DNA of 64,000 nucleotides from Chloroflexota bacterium. GTDB taxonomy: Bacteria > Chloroflexota > Dormibacteria > Dormibacterales > Dormibacteraceae. Made by a program: the position numbers and the translations under genes. Within the stretch, counting starts at the first letter, position 1. Each line of letters begins with the position of its first letter. The notes below the pieces were generated by a model. That model was not told where the DNA came from, did not search any database, and saw only the letters and a program-made list of their open reading frames with translations. This document shows, one piece after another, positions 1-8,934 of this stretch. The stretch lies in NCBI GenBank assembly GCA_005880795.1, contig VBGP01000022.1, positions 17,347 to 81,346 of the forward strand. Reading direction: 5' to 3'.

Positions 1-1
1 C

Positions 2-391
2 ATCCAGCCGTGGCATTTCATCCTGGTCCGCGAGCGCGACGCGCTCCGCAAGCTTGGCTCGCTGATCCGGACCGGTCCCTACACAGCGAACGCAGCGGCG
101 GCCGTGATCGTCGCGTACGAGAAGGAGAAAGGCGAATTCGGCATCTCAGATGCAAGCCGCGCCATCCAGTCGATGATGCTGGCGGCGTGGGGGGACGGTG
201 TCGGTTCGAACTGGACCGGTTTCGCCGGCCGCCTCGAAAACGTGCGCGTGGAGTTCGGCCTCCCCGACGTCTACGACGTCCTGGCGGTGGTCCCATTGGG
301 CTACCCGAAGCAAAAGGTCATCGGCAAGAAGAAGCGCAAGCCCCTGGGCCAGGTGGTCTCAGCGGAGCGCTTCGGCACGCCCCTGTCTTGA
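2..391 (+). CDS. Nitroreductase family protein (5' end cut by window edge)
   Basis: The frame is open from base 2: IQPWHFILVRERDALRKL...AVVPLGYPKQKV. This matches the C-terminal part of the FMN nitroreductase fold. Stop TGA at 389-391. Confidence 0.8.
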   Translation: MQPWHFILVRERDALRKLGSLIRTGPYTANAAAAVIVAYEKEKGEFGISDASRAIQSMMLAAWGDGVGSNWTGFAGRLENVRVEFGLPDVYDVLAVVPLGYPKQKVIGKKKRKPLGQVVSAERFGTPLS

Positions 392-1060
392 GCGGACCGC
401 GCGCCCGATCCGGAACGGCGCGTCGAGGATCGCCAGGAGCACGATGCCGATGAGGCTTGCCGAAAGCAGATAGAGGGGCCACGGGCCAAGCTCATCCAGC
501 AGCGTCGGGCTGGATGGTTTGCTGCGCAGGTACATGTAGTCGCTGCCGGTCACTGCATCGACCAGCCCGACAAACCCGGTGTAGGCGACCGTCACCAACG
601 CCACCTGGGCCACCGCCCACGGCCGCGGGTGCAGGCGCATGCCGGCCACCAGCACCAGCGCCGCTGCCACCACGCCACCGTGCGCGATGTAGTACTGGAG
701 GTACGGGTAGCTCGGAAAGTGCTGCGCCAGGTCCGGCGTGAGCAGCGCCTGGAGGGTTCCGGCGAGCCCCCAGAAATACGTGATCTCTACGAGCAGCTGC
801 CGGCGGGTCCAGAGCGCAGCCGCCGCAACGAAGATGGCCACGTCGCACAGCTGCAGGGGCAGTGGCTGCGCTCGCTGGCCGGGCTCTCCTCCGCCTGCCG
901 CGAGGAAGACCCACCAGCTGACCTCATCCGCGACCAGGATCAGCGCCAGGCCTCGAAGCCACAGGCCAGGCCGCCTACGCGCGAGGACGACAAGGCCCGC
1001 GGTGGTGGCTGCGATGACGAGCAACGCGCCGGCGTGCTCGGCCGTTAAAAGCTCAGTCAT
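359..1060 (-). CDS. YwaF/TIGR02206-like integral membrane protein
   Basis: 233-aa ORF with multiple hydrophobic helices and motifs LQLCD, YFWGLAGTLQALLTPD and YLQYYIAHG. Its start overlaps the stop of the upstream DCC gene by 4 nt (ATGA). Confidence 0.7.
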   Translation of the reverse strand: MTELLTAEHAGALLVIAATTAGLVVLARRRPGLWLRGLALILVADEVSWWVFLAAGGGEPGQRAQPLPLQLCDVAIFVAAAALWTRRQLLVEITYFWGLAGTLQALLTPDLAQHFPSYPYLQYYIAHGGVVAAALVLVAGMRLHPRPWAVAQVALVTVAYTGFVGLVDAVTGSDYMYLRSKPSSPTLLDELGPWPLYLLSASLIGIVLLAILDAPFRIGRAVRSRQGRAEALR

Positions 1061-1455
1061 CCGCAGTCCGACCCTGGTTCATCGCACTCCGGCGTCACCC
1101 CCAGGCGACGGAAGCCGGATCGCCGGGACGCAAACCAGCGATAGAGGAGCTCCTCGAGGGCAGCCACCGGACGGAGTCGGTACGGCGCGGCAAACGCCGC
1201 CCAACCCGTTCCAAGCTCAGCCAGGACTCGGTTGAGCGCCGCTGCGCCCTCGCGCCGGCTCCCGTCTGGGTCGACGCTCCAGGCCGCCCGGTCCGCCTCC
1301 TCACGCGTGAGGCCGTAGCGCTCGAGCGCGCCTGGTTTCTGGTTGGCGATGACCTGCACACGGCCGGCCGGGTCGCGCCGGCGGATCCAGCGCGCCATGC
1401 GTGTTCAAACGCCTCAAGTCCCGTCGAAGAGCAAGACCAGCACCGGCTCGGTCAT
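1057..1455 (-). CDS. DCC1-like (DUF393) thiol-disulfide oxidoreductase with two in-frame TGA codons at the CxxC positions (candidate UxxU selenoprotein; alternative is a pseudogene)
   Basis: The track ORF 1057-1398 lacks the family's N-terminal motif. Extending upstream in frame gives MTEPVLVLLFDGT-TGA-GV-TGA-TRMARWIRRRDPAGRVQV. This aligns to the DCC consensus LFDGxCxLCxxxxxxxxxRD, with TGA (1414-1416 and 1405-1407) exactly at both Cys positions. The ATG at 1453-1455 overlaps the TGA stop of the upstream gene (ATGA). Confidence 0.6.
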
Positions 1456-2264
1456 GCCATCGCCCAACCCGCCAGCCCGAGCAGCGAATAGAGCACGGCG
1501 TTGAGGTCACCATGCACGATCGCCATCGTCCGGAGGTCAAGGGCGGGAACCGGCAGCACGCGCGCGAGGGCATAGTCGACCCCGAGGAGCATGGGTACGA
1601 CGACGGCTGCTGAGGAGATCGTGAGCAACCACCGGGCGCCCGCCACCCGCTGTCGCGGCGCGATGAGGAATCCGGTGAGAGCGGCGTTGGTCAGGATTCC
1701 GGCGGCCAGCAGAAACGGCCCGATCACGGTCAGCGCCGCAGTCCCGGTGGCGATGCCGGTCGCGGTCACAGGCGTGCCCAGCACGACGAGCATTCCCGCC
1801 GCCGCGCAGATCCCGCGAAGACGGCTCGAGCGATCGCGTAGGGCTTCAAACGCAAGGGCCGCCATCACGGTCGCCGCGAACCCGGCGTAGTGGAAATGCA
1901 CCGCCGTCAGCTCGACGATCGGGGCGCTGTATCCGAGGCTGATCCCGCCGCGCGCCGCGACGAGCCAGCCCGCCCCGACAGCCAGGAACCCGACCGCGGC
2001 GGCAGGCAGCAGGTGCCCCGGCGCGATGGACCGCGACTCGACCAGCTCGCTCGCGCCGGCGAGGCCGGCGATCGCGCACACCGCCAACCAGCCCGCGGCG
2101 AGGAGGGCGGCCCAGCGGCCGGCGGGGACCAGGAACGAGGCGATCACCAGGACGGCGCCGAAAGGCTGCAGCAGCCTCGCCGCGCGGAGCAGCTTTCTGG
2201 CTCGGCGGGCCGACAGCGGAACCAGGCGAAGGCCCAGGGGCGCGACCGCGACCGGCGCGAGCAT
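1452..2264 (-). CDS. YndJ-like polytopic membrane protein
   Basis: 270-aa hydrophobic ORF containing ELTAVHFHYAGFAATV, which resembles the YndJ family. Its stop overlaps the extended DCC start. Confidence 0.6.
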   Translation of the reverse strand: MLAPVAVAPLGLRLVPLSARRARKLLRAARLLQPFGAVLVIASFLVPAGRWAALLAAGWLAVCAIAGLAGASELVESRSIAPGHLLPAAAVGFLAVGAGWLVAARGGISLGYSAPIVELTAVHFHYAGFAATVMAALAFEALRDRSSRLRGICAAAGMLVVLGTPVTATGIATGTAALTVIGPFLLAAGILTNAALTGFLIAPRQRVAGARWLLTISSAAVVVPMLLGVDYALARVLPVPALDLRTMAIVHGDLNAVLYSLLGLAGWAMA

Positions 2265-2333
2265 GAGGAGAATGTCGACGAGGCTCAGCTGGCCGGCGAT
2301 TATCGGAAAGGGTTGGTCCGCTATGCGGACACT

Positions 2334-2525
2334 CTATCCAAGAATCGCTTGGTGCCTTCTGATTCGCAAGAAGCCCAGCAGGCCGAGAAGAACGGCGGTC
2401 AAACCGAGGATCCAGCGGACCTCGGAGCTGATCGGGTCGGCCCAGCCAACCGCGATCGTGTACTGGAGCCAACCCATGAACAGCACGATCCACAGGGAGA
2501 CGTTGACGATGGTGAGCGCCCGCAC
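2334..2525 (-). CDS. Small hypothetical membrane protein (2 predicted helices)
   Basis: 63-aa ORF with two hydrophobic stretches in an otherwise unassigned gap. No family recognised. Confidence 0.3.
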   Translation of the reverse strand: MRALTIVNVSLWIVLFMGWLQYTIAVGWADPISSEVRWILGLTAVLLGLLGFLRIRRHQAILG

Positions 2526-2567
2526 GGCTTCATACCGATAACGCGGGCGCTCCCCACAGAAACCGGA

Positions 2568-3998
2568 CTATCCGGGCACCGGCCGGCCGACCTTCCCGGT
2601 GGCGGCCGTCACCTCCTGCTCGTCGTATTCCTGCGTGTGGTCGTACGCCGAGCGGTCCTTCAAGAGCGCCACGGCGATGAAACCGACCACGCAGCACGCG
2701 AGGATGTAGAGGCTGATCATGTAGGGGTTCTTGGCGGGAAGCGGCGAGAGTACCTTCCAGGGTCCGATGAACAGGAACCCCGTCCAGATCCCGAGTGCGA
2801 TGCTCGGAGCCGGACCGCCCGCGATGATCGAGGCGAACTGGTAGCCAAGCGAGGCGCCGCTGTAGCGCAGGCGCCCGGTGAAGCTTTCGGCGATCAACGA
2901 TGCCTGCGGGCCGTACTGCATGTCGTGCGGAATCAAGGAGAGCGCGATCACGATGAAAACGACGATGGGTATCGCGGTCGCGTAGAGCCCGAAGTAGAGG
3001 AATCCCCAGATGGCCATGACCACGATGCCGGCCATGTAAATCGTCTTGCGACCAACTCTGTCAGACAGGTGCCCGAAGAGCGGGATGGAGATGAACGAGA
3101 CCAGGCCGGCGACGCTCACCGCCCAGGTCAAGAAAGGCTTGTCGAGCTTGGTGGCGGAGGCGCCAAATGTGAATACGAAGACGGTGAAGAGGTAGAACGG
3201 TGCTTGCTCAGGCAGCCGGAGAAGCGCGCTGAGGACGATCTCCCTCCAGTTGCGGCGAAATACCTCCCTGACGGGCGCCGGCTCGGTTCGTCGCTCCGCC
3301 AGGATCGCCTGGAAGACGGGTGTCTCCATGATCCCGAGCCGGATGTAGAGACCGACCGCGACAAGGATGATGCTGAGCAGAAACGGGATTCGCCAGGCCC
3401 AGGACTCAAACGTCGCCGAACCGGCAAGCGTCACAGTAGCCGCCGTAATACCGTTGGAAAGGACCAGTCCGATGGGTACGCCGAACTGCGGCCAGCTGCC
3501 GAGGTAGCCCTTCCGCTTCTGGCTTCCCCACTCCATAGACATCAATACCGAGCCGCCCCACTCGCCCCCGACGCCGATGCCTTGGCAGGCGCGGAGGACG
3601 ACCAGGATCACCGCCGCCCACAGGCCGATGTTGGTATACGTCGGCATGACGCCGATCAAGAACGTGGCGATCCCCATGAACAACAAGGTCACGATCAAGG
3701 TCGCCTTGCGGCCGATCCGGTCGCCGTAAGTGCCGAACAGCCAGGCGCCGACGGGCCGGGCCAGGAAGCCCACGAAGAAGATCGCGTAGCTGTTGAGCGT
3801 CCCCGCCAGGTGGTCGGACTTCGGAAAGAACAGGTGCGGGAACACGAGGCTCGCCATGGTGCCGAACAGGAAGTAGTCGTACCACTCGATCGAGGTGCCG
3901 ACGGTGCTGGCGACCACCGCGCGCACCATCTGTTTTCGCCGCTCCTCCGGCGCCATGGACGACAGAACAGCCGAACCCCCGGTATTCGCCATATTCAT
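2568..3998 (-). CDS. MFS transporter, metabolite:H+ symporter (MHS/ProP-like) family
   Basis: 476 aa, about 12 TM helices. Contains SIEWYDYFLFG and GTYGDRIGRK (the MFS loop 2-3 signature). Confidence 0.9.
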   Translation of the reverse strand: MNMANTGGSAVLSSMAPEERRKQMVRAVVASTVGTSIEWYDYFLFGTMASLVFPHLFFPKSDHLAGTLNSYAIFFVGFLARPVGAWLFGTYGDRIGRKATLIVTLLFMGIATFLIGVMPTYTNIGLWAAVILVVLRACQGIGVGGEWGGSVLMSMEWGSQKRKGYLGSWPQFGVPIGLVLSNGITAATVTLAGSATFESWAWRIPFLLSIILVAVGLYIRLGIMETPVFQAILAERRTEPAPVREVFRRNWREIVLSALLRLPEQAPFYLFTVFVFTFGASATKLDKPFLTWAVSVAGLVSFISIPLFGHLSDRVGRKTIYMAGIVVMAIWGFLYFGLYATAIPIVVFIVIALSLIPHDMQYGPQASLIAESFTGRLRYSGASLGYQFASIIAGGPAPSIALGIWTGFLFIGPWKVLSPLPAKNPYMISLYILACCVVGFIAVALLKDRSAYDHTQEYDEQEVTAATGKVGRPVPG

Positions 3999-4034
3999 CC
4001 CCCAGCAAGAAGCTTGAATTAAGCCTGCAGCTAC

Positions 4035-5435
4035 CTAATTCTTTACCACTTTTTGACCTTGTTTGCTGAGGGAATTCGCCTCCCAGCGTGCTTCGGCCTC
4101 GCCGATGGGAGTCGACGGCGGACCGTTGCGGAAGGGCCAGATCTCCTCCGCGATGCGCCGCCAGTTGGCGGTCGCGTTGAGGCTGCCAAGGACTGCATAG
4201 AGACCTAAGTTGATGCGCTGCATGATCACGTACGCCCGCGGCACGTCCGAATACGGCGCCAGCGGGCCGCGGGCGTCGAAGAAGCGCCGGACGATGGCCG
4301 ACGCATAGGCCGGCGTGATCGTCATCGGGGCGTCTCGCAGGACAGTGCCGTAGAACTGGCCGAAGCGATCGACGACGACCTGCGTCGGCACAGGAGCACC
4401 GGCCCGCAGGAATCCCGCCCGCTCGAGGGCGGCGCGAAACGCCTCAAAGTCCTTCTCGAAGACCAGAAACCTCACGGCGTCGATGAGCGGCGCGAGGTCA
4501 TCGTCGGTGAACTGCTTGGTCAGCCCAAAGTCAAGGAAGGTCACGCGGCCGCCGCCATGGAAGAGGTAGTTGCCGGGGTGTGGGTCGCCGTTGAAGGCAT
4601 GGAGACGGTAGAGGCTCCGGAAGACGAACCGGTGGATCGTCTCCGCGGCGAGGTCGCGCTCCTCTTGGTTCCATTCCAGGAGCTCGTCAAAGCTCGCCCC
4701 CGAGACCAGCTCACTGGTGAGCACCCGTGACGTGCTCATCTCGGCCAGGACATGCGGCACGCGGATGACAGGATGCCCCTCGTAGTAGCGGGCGAACATC
4801 TCCTGACTCTGCGCCTCCCGCACGTAATCGACCTCTTCCTGCAGACGCTCGCCGAGCTCGTCCACGAGCGATCGAACATCAAGACCGGGAAACGCAGCGC
4901 CGACGATGCGGCGCAGCAGTCCGACGTTGCGCAGGTCGGAGGTGATGCTGCGCGCGATGCCCGGGTACTGGACCTTGACGGCCACCGCGCGACCGTCGCG
5001 CGTGATGGCCCGGTGCACCTGGCCGATCGAAGCCGCCGCGAAGGGCAGCGGGTCCCATTGCGCGAAAATGCGCTCCGGCATGTCGCCCAGCTCATCGACG
5101 ATCACCGACGAAGCAAGCGCCGCCGTCATCGGTGGCGCCCTGTGCTGCAGCCGCGACATCGCGATACGGAACGTGAGCGGCATGTCCTCGTAGATGTAGC
5201 TCGCCATCTGGCCGAGCTTCATGAGCACGCCCTTCATCGAGCCGAGCTCCTCGGCGACCTCGTCAGCCGAGCGAAGGGCCAGGTCGTGGCGGAGCTCGCT
5301 CCGCCGCTCGACCGAGGCGAACAGGAGTCGCGGCGATCGGGCTACATAACGGCCGCCGATGCGCAGGGCAAGCCTGGCCAGGGCCGCGCCGCGACTGACG
5401 CGCGACTGCCTGAGCGCCTGTGTCGCAGCGGTCAA
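4035..5435 (-). CDS. ABC1/UbiB (AarF) family atypical protein kinase
   Basis: Contains KLGQMASYI, AAASIGQVHRA, AVKVQYPGI and DPHPGNYLF, all ABC1-kinase hallmarks. The track ORF runs to 5588, but a TTG at 5433-5435 overlaps the stop of the upstream MpaB gene (TTGA), so I prefer that start. Confidence 0.85.
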   Translation of the reverse strand: MTAATQALRQSRVSRGAALARLALRIGGRYVARSPRLLFASVERRSELRHDLALRSADEVAEELGSMKGVLMKLGQMASYIYEDMPLTFRIAMSRLQHRAPPMTAALASSVIVDELGDMPERIFAQWDPLPFAAASIGQVHRAITRDGRAVAVKVQYPGIARSITSDLRNVGLLRRIVGAAFPGLDVRSLVDELGERLQEEVDYVREAQSQEMFARYYEGHPVIRVPHVLAEMSTSRVLTSELVSGASFDELLEWNQEERDLAAETIHRFVFRSLYRLHAFNGDPHPGNYLFHGGGRVTFLDFGLTKQFTDDDLAPLIDAVRFLVFEKDFEAFRAALERAGFLRAGAPVPTQVVVDRFGQFYGTVLRDAPMTITPAYASAIVRRFFDARGPLAPYSDVPRAYVIMQRINLGLYAVLGSLNATANWRRIAEEIWPFRNGPPSTPIGEAEARWEANSLSKQGQKVVKN

Positions 5436-6283
5436 CCGCGCATGCGGAGCTCGATTCGCTGCCGGGCCTCCAGGACGCCGGGCAGCGACTCGAACGCCAG
5501 GTCGAGGGCGCCGAGCAGCTGGCGGACCGGCTCCCGCTCCATCAGATCCTCCGGTGGAGCGGCGAAACCGTACATGTCTCGCGCCCACGCAGGGAGCGTG
5601 CCGACGGCGACCTGACCGAGGTCATGCCACAGGTCGCGCATCTCGGCGTCGAGATCCGGTGGCTCAAGCACGACCGAGATGGCGTCCTTTGCGGCAGGAG
5701 TGGCCTGGCGAAGCTCCACAGACTCGAGATATGCCCGCAGTGAGGCCACGGTGGTGGGCACCTGGGTGGCCGGCACCCCAACGATCTCGGCGAAACGGAC
5801 CATCTCCGCGACGTAGCGGTCGGCGTCGAGCGCATCCAGCACGCGGCCGTAGCGCTGAACGACGTCGATCACAGAGTCGACCATGCCGGCGTGGACCCAC
5901 AGGAGCAGGGCCGGGTCCTCCGCGCTGTAAGCGAGGCCCGTTTCGGGGTCGACACCGCGGACGTGGACGTGGATCTTGCGCGCCGCAAGGGCCGCGGCGG
6001 TGTCGCCATAGGTCGTCGTCAGGAGGTAGCTGCTGGTCGCGGCGAGCCGCCCGAATGGATCCCGCCGCCACGTGCTGTGCTGGTCGACACCCGCCATGGC
6101 CAGCGGGTGCAGGGCCTGGATCATCAGGGACCGCATGCCCGCTAGGGGAAAGCAGCGATCGCGATTGACCCGCCAGACGATGCTTCGCGGCCCGAAAAGG
6201 CCGTCGTCCTGGGGGTCGACCGGCACCGCGCGCTCGTAGGCGTGGGCAAGCGGTTCCAGAGGACTCAGCCGGGCGGTGTCCAC
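5432..6283 (-). CDS. Oxygenase MpaB family protein (DUF2236)
   Basis: 283 aa. Contains GPRSIVWRVNRD, MIQALHPLAMAGV and LLLWVHA, typical of the MpaB/DUF2236 family. Confidence 0.8.
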   Translation of the reverse strand: MDTARLSPLEPLAHAYERAVPVDPQDDGLFGPRSIVWRVNRDRCFPLAGMRSLMIQALHPLAMAGVDQHSTWRRDPFGRLAATSSYLLTTTYGDTAAALAARKIHVHVRGVDPETGLAYSAEDPALLLWVHAGMVDSVIDVVQRYGRVLDALDADRYVAEMVRFAEIVGVPATQVPTTVASLRAYLESVELRQATPAAKDAISVVLEPPDLDAEMRDLWHDLGQVAVGTLPAWARDMYGFAAPPEDLMEREPVRQLLGALDLAFESLPGVLEARQRIELRMRG

Positions 6284-6352
6284 ACCGCCAAGATACGGAG
6301 AAGCGTTACCTGGAGCGGCAATTCCGCACTTCTGGCGGTGCGGAGCGAATCG

Positions 6353-8089
6353 TTACGCCAGGACTTCTTGCCGGTGCGAAAGGTGGTCGATGGCCTGGGA
6401 CCGGATCTCTTCGAAGCCTCCCGCCAGGCCCTTGCGCAGGATCCGGGCGCACGCGGCAGCAGAGTACAGGCGGGGGATGAACACGAAGTCCGCCCCCTCT
6501 TCGTAGAAGTGCAGGGCCTGCGGAATGTGCTCCGTGGTGAGGACCACACGGGCATTCGGGGCATGCATGTTCGCTATATGCATCAGGCGCAGGTTGCTCG
6601 TGCCTCGCAGCACGTCGTCCGTGATGCTCGACACGACGAGCTTGGCGTGCTCGACCCCTGCGTGCCGCAGCGTGTCTGAGTGGGCGATGTCGCCGTAAAC
6701 ACATTTGATGTTCTTCTTGCGCAGCTCACCCAGGACGGCCGGGTTGAAGTCGATGACCAGGATCTTTTCGACGAATGCCCTCGACTCTTCGGCGGTGCCC
6801 TCATGTTCGAACTCGTAGAGGATCGAGCTGGTATCCCGGAAGAAACCCAGAAAGATCACCGGCTGGTGCAGCACCTCGGCGTCTTCCGCGCTGGCCGCAC
6901 CGAGGTCCTTCAGGCCGAGGGTCTTGAAAACGGAAGTCAACAGCCTCTGGATCGGGTGACTGAAATTGATCATGTACGTGGAGACGACCGACGTGACGGC
7001 GAACGTGACGATGACGATCGTCAGGACGTCCTGCCTGATCTGGCCAAGTGTGACGCCAAGTGACGCGATCACGATCGAGAACTCGCTGACCTGGGCGAGG
7101 TTGATGGCGGGGATGATGCTGGTGCGCAGGCCCAGCCGAAGCGCGTAGAGGATCGGGACGACGACGAGGCGGCTGACGATGACGAACACCGATGCCGCAA
7201 GCGCGATCTCCAGCGCGTTCAGGCTGGGAATCTGTATCTGCATCCCGAGCGCGACGAAGAACAGCGTCACGAAAAAGTCGCGGATGCTGACCGCCTTTGC
7301 CACAACGTCGATGTTGTAGGGAAACGTGGACAGGCTCACCCCGGCGATCAACGCCCCCATCTCCCGGGAGAGCCCGATCAAACTCGCGGCGCCTGCCAGG
7401 AAGAAGCACCAGGCAAGGGCCGAGACGAGCACCAGCTCAGGGGCCTTCGCGACCATTCGGAACATGTGCGGCAGCACATATTTCGCGACGGCGAAACCAC
7501 CTACCACAAGCAGCGCGCCACGCCACAGCGAACCGAGGAGCGGGACGAGGTTGGGGTTGAGGAGGTTGGGCTGCACCGCGAGCATGCCGACCGCCCAAAG
7601 GTCCTGGATAACCAGCACGCCCAGCGTGATCCGGCCGGGCAGCGTGTCGAGCTCGAACTTGTCGTTCAGGATCTTGACGACTACCAGCGTGCTCGAGAGG
7701 CTCATGCACGCCGCGAGGTAGAGCAGCTCGTAGTTGTGCGGTGCGTTCTGCACCCCGAACAGGTAGAAGAACGCGAGCCCAAGCGCGACGCAGATCGGGA
7801 CCTGCAGTGCGCCTGTGAGCAGGACCGCGGCGCCGCCAGAGGCCATCTTGCGCAGGTCTATCTCGAGGCCGATGACGAAGAGCAACAGGATGAGGCCGAT
7901 CTCGGCCACGGTCGAGATGCTCTCCTGGTTGGTGATGAACCTCAGGCCGATGTTGGGGCCGATGATCACCCCGGTGGCGAGGTAGGCGATGATCAGCGGC
8001 TGGCGGAAGCGCCACGTCACCGCGGCGATCAACGCGGCGAAACCGACGCAGATGCCGATGCTGGACAGCAGGTCGGTGGGAACGTTCAC
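6353..8089 (-). CDS. Cation:proton antiporter (CPA2/Kef-type) with C-terminal RCK/TrkA-N domain
   Basis: 578 aa. About 12 TM helices in the N-terminal part, followed by a soluble Rossmann-like domain (VIFLGFFRD...VIDFNP). Confidence 0.9.
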   Translation of the reverse strand: MNVPTDLLSSIGICVGFAALIAAVTWRFRQPLIIAYLATGVIIGPNIGLRFITNQESISTVAEIGLILLLFVIGLEIDLRKMASGGAAVLLTGALQVPICVALGLAFFYLFGVQNAPHNYELLYLAACMSLSSTLVVVKILNDKFELDTLPGRITLGVLVIQDLWAVGMLAVQPNLLNPNLVPLLGSLWRGALLVVGGFAVAKYVLPHMFRMVAKAPELVLVSALAWCFFLAGAASLIGLSREMGALIAGVSLSTFPYNIDVVAKAVSIRDFFVTLFFVALGMQIQIPSLNALEIALAASVFVIVSRLVVVPILYALRLGLRTSIIPAINLAQVSEFSIVIASLGVTLGQIRQDVLTIVIVTFAVTSVVSTYMINFSHPIQRLLTSVFKTLGLKDLGAASAEDAEVLHQPVIFLGFFRDTSSILYEFEHEGTAEESRAFVEKILVIDFNPAVLGELRKKNIKCVYGDIAHSDTLRHAGVEHAKLVVSSITDDVLRGTSNLRLMHIANMHAPNARVVLTTEHIPQALHFYEEGADFVFIPRLYSAAACARILRKGLAGGFEEIRSQAIDHLSHRQEVLA

Positions 8090-8904
8090 CGCGCAGCGAC
8101 TCTTTGCGGCTCGCCCCAGCGATCTGGAACGGAGGTTGCATCAGCCGGGTCTGCGAACACCAGAAACCTCGGCTGATTCACCGCCTCGATCAGGCTGTCG
8201 ACCAGCTGCTCACTCCCTGGCGCCGCTTCTTCGAGCCCGTCGCTCGACCTCAGGAGCCGGCTCACGCCTCGGGTCCGAGTGTTCTGCCCGATGAGGGGCG
8301 CCTTCGAGCCGGTGACGTACATCGAGACGTGAACGCCTTGTCCGGCAGCGAGCATCGCGAGCCCATACGTGAACGTCGCCACCGCCGCGTAGCCGCTGTC
8401 GTACGGAACCTCGAGGGGGCTCGTCGTGACCAGGGATCCGAGCGGCACGGCGTTGACGATATGGCCGGAGCGGCGTTCGAGCATGTGGGGCAGCACCGCC
8501 ATGGTCGTGCGGACAGTGCCGAGTACGTTTGTCTCCAGCATCCACTTCCAGTCGCTCGGCTTGATGTGGTCGAGCGGGCCATGCAGGACCACCCCGGCCA
8601 TGTTGACCAGGATGTCGACCTGCCCCATCGCCTTGATCGCGTCTCCCACCAGCGATCGGACGGACGATTCGCTCCGCACGTCGGTCGGCAGAGCGAGCAC
8701 CGCGTCGGCGCTCCCAAGGCGGAGGAGCTCCTCCACGGTCCGTTCCATCCGCGCTGCATCGAAGTCGGCGACGACCACGCGCGCCCCCTGCTTCGCCAGG
8801 GCTCGAGCGACCATCCTCCCGATGCCGCTTGCGCCGCCGACAACGACCCCGACCTTGCCCGTGAGCGCACCGCGCGGCAGTTCGTCTGCTGTCACAGCGG
8901 GCAT
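8086..8904 (-). CDS. SDR family oxidoreductase
   Basis: Contains TGKVGVVVGGASGIGR (the TGxxxGxG dinucleotide motif) and NMAG. 4-nt overlap with the downstream antiporter gene. Confidence 0.9.
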   Translation of the reverse strand: MPAVTADELPRGALTGKVGVVVGGASGIGRMVARALAKQGARVVVADFDAARMERTVEELLRLGSADAVLALPTDVRSESSVRSLVGDAIKAMGQVDILVNMAGVVLHGPLDHIKPSDWKWMLETNVLGTVRTTMAVLPHMLERRSGHIVNAVPLGSLVTTSPLEVPYDSGYAAVATFTYGLAMLAAGQGVHVSMYVTGSKAPLIGQNTRTRGVSRLLRSSDGLEEAAPGSEQLVDSLIEAVNQPRFLVFADPADATSVPDRWGEPQRVAAR

Positions 8905-8934
8905 TCTATTCAGGCGGCCGGTGGCTTCAGACCG

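Noticed and set aside
1405-1416. Genome-wide reassignment of TGA (for example to Trp, Gly or Cys) as the explanation for the two in-frame TGAs
   Set aside because: Many well-supported genes in this window terminate at TGA exactly where their families end (for example the nitroreductase at 389-391, the MpaB gene at 5432-5434, and the ATGA/GTGA/TTGA coupled stops). TGA is therefore a normal stop here. Only local recoding (Sec) or a pseudogene remain as explanations.
1890-4022. 710-aa plus-strand ORF (and similar long ORFs at 8104-9624, 24731-26215, 35872-37221, 39755-40915, 43287-44351, 47457-48407, 55376-56476, 56764-57840, 32594-33673)
   Set aside because: Each lies antisense to, or out of frame within, a gene with strong family signatures (MFS, SDR/TMEM175, DinB, FtsH/Dyp, LLM, hydrolase-LuxR, LAL, GGT, TadE, ECF sigma). 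Their translations are Arg/Gly/Pro/Asp-rich low-complexity strings. These are the expected shadow ORFs of high-GC DNA.
5436-5588. N-terminal extensions of track ORFs (ABC1 kinase to 5588; also the sigma factor to 16591, response regulator to 18562, SDR to 39034, GHKL to 30370, DHA2 to 13365, NMO from 40551, DinB from 24716)
   Set aside because: The extensions are Arg/Gly/Pro-rich, overlap neighbouring well-supported genes, and are upstream of starts that have RBS or 4-nt coupling signals and that match family N-termini.
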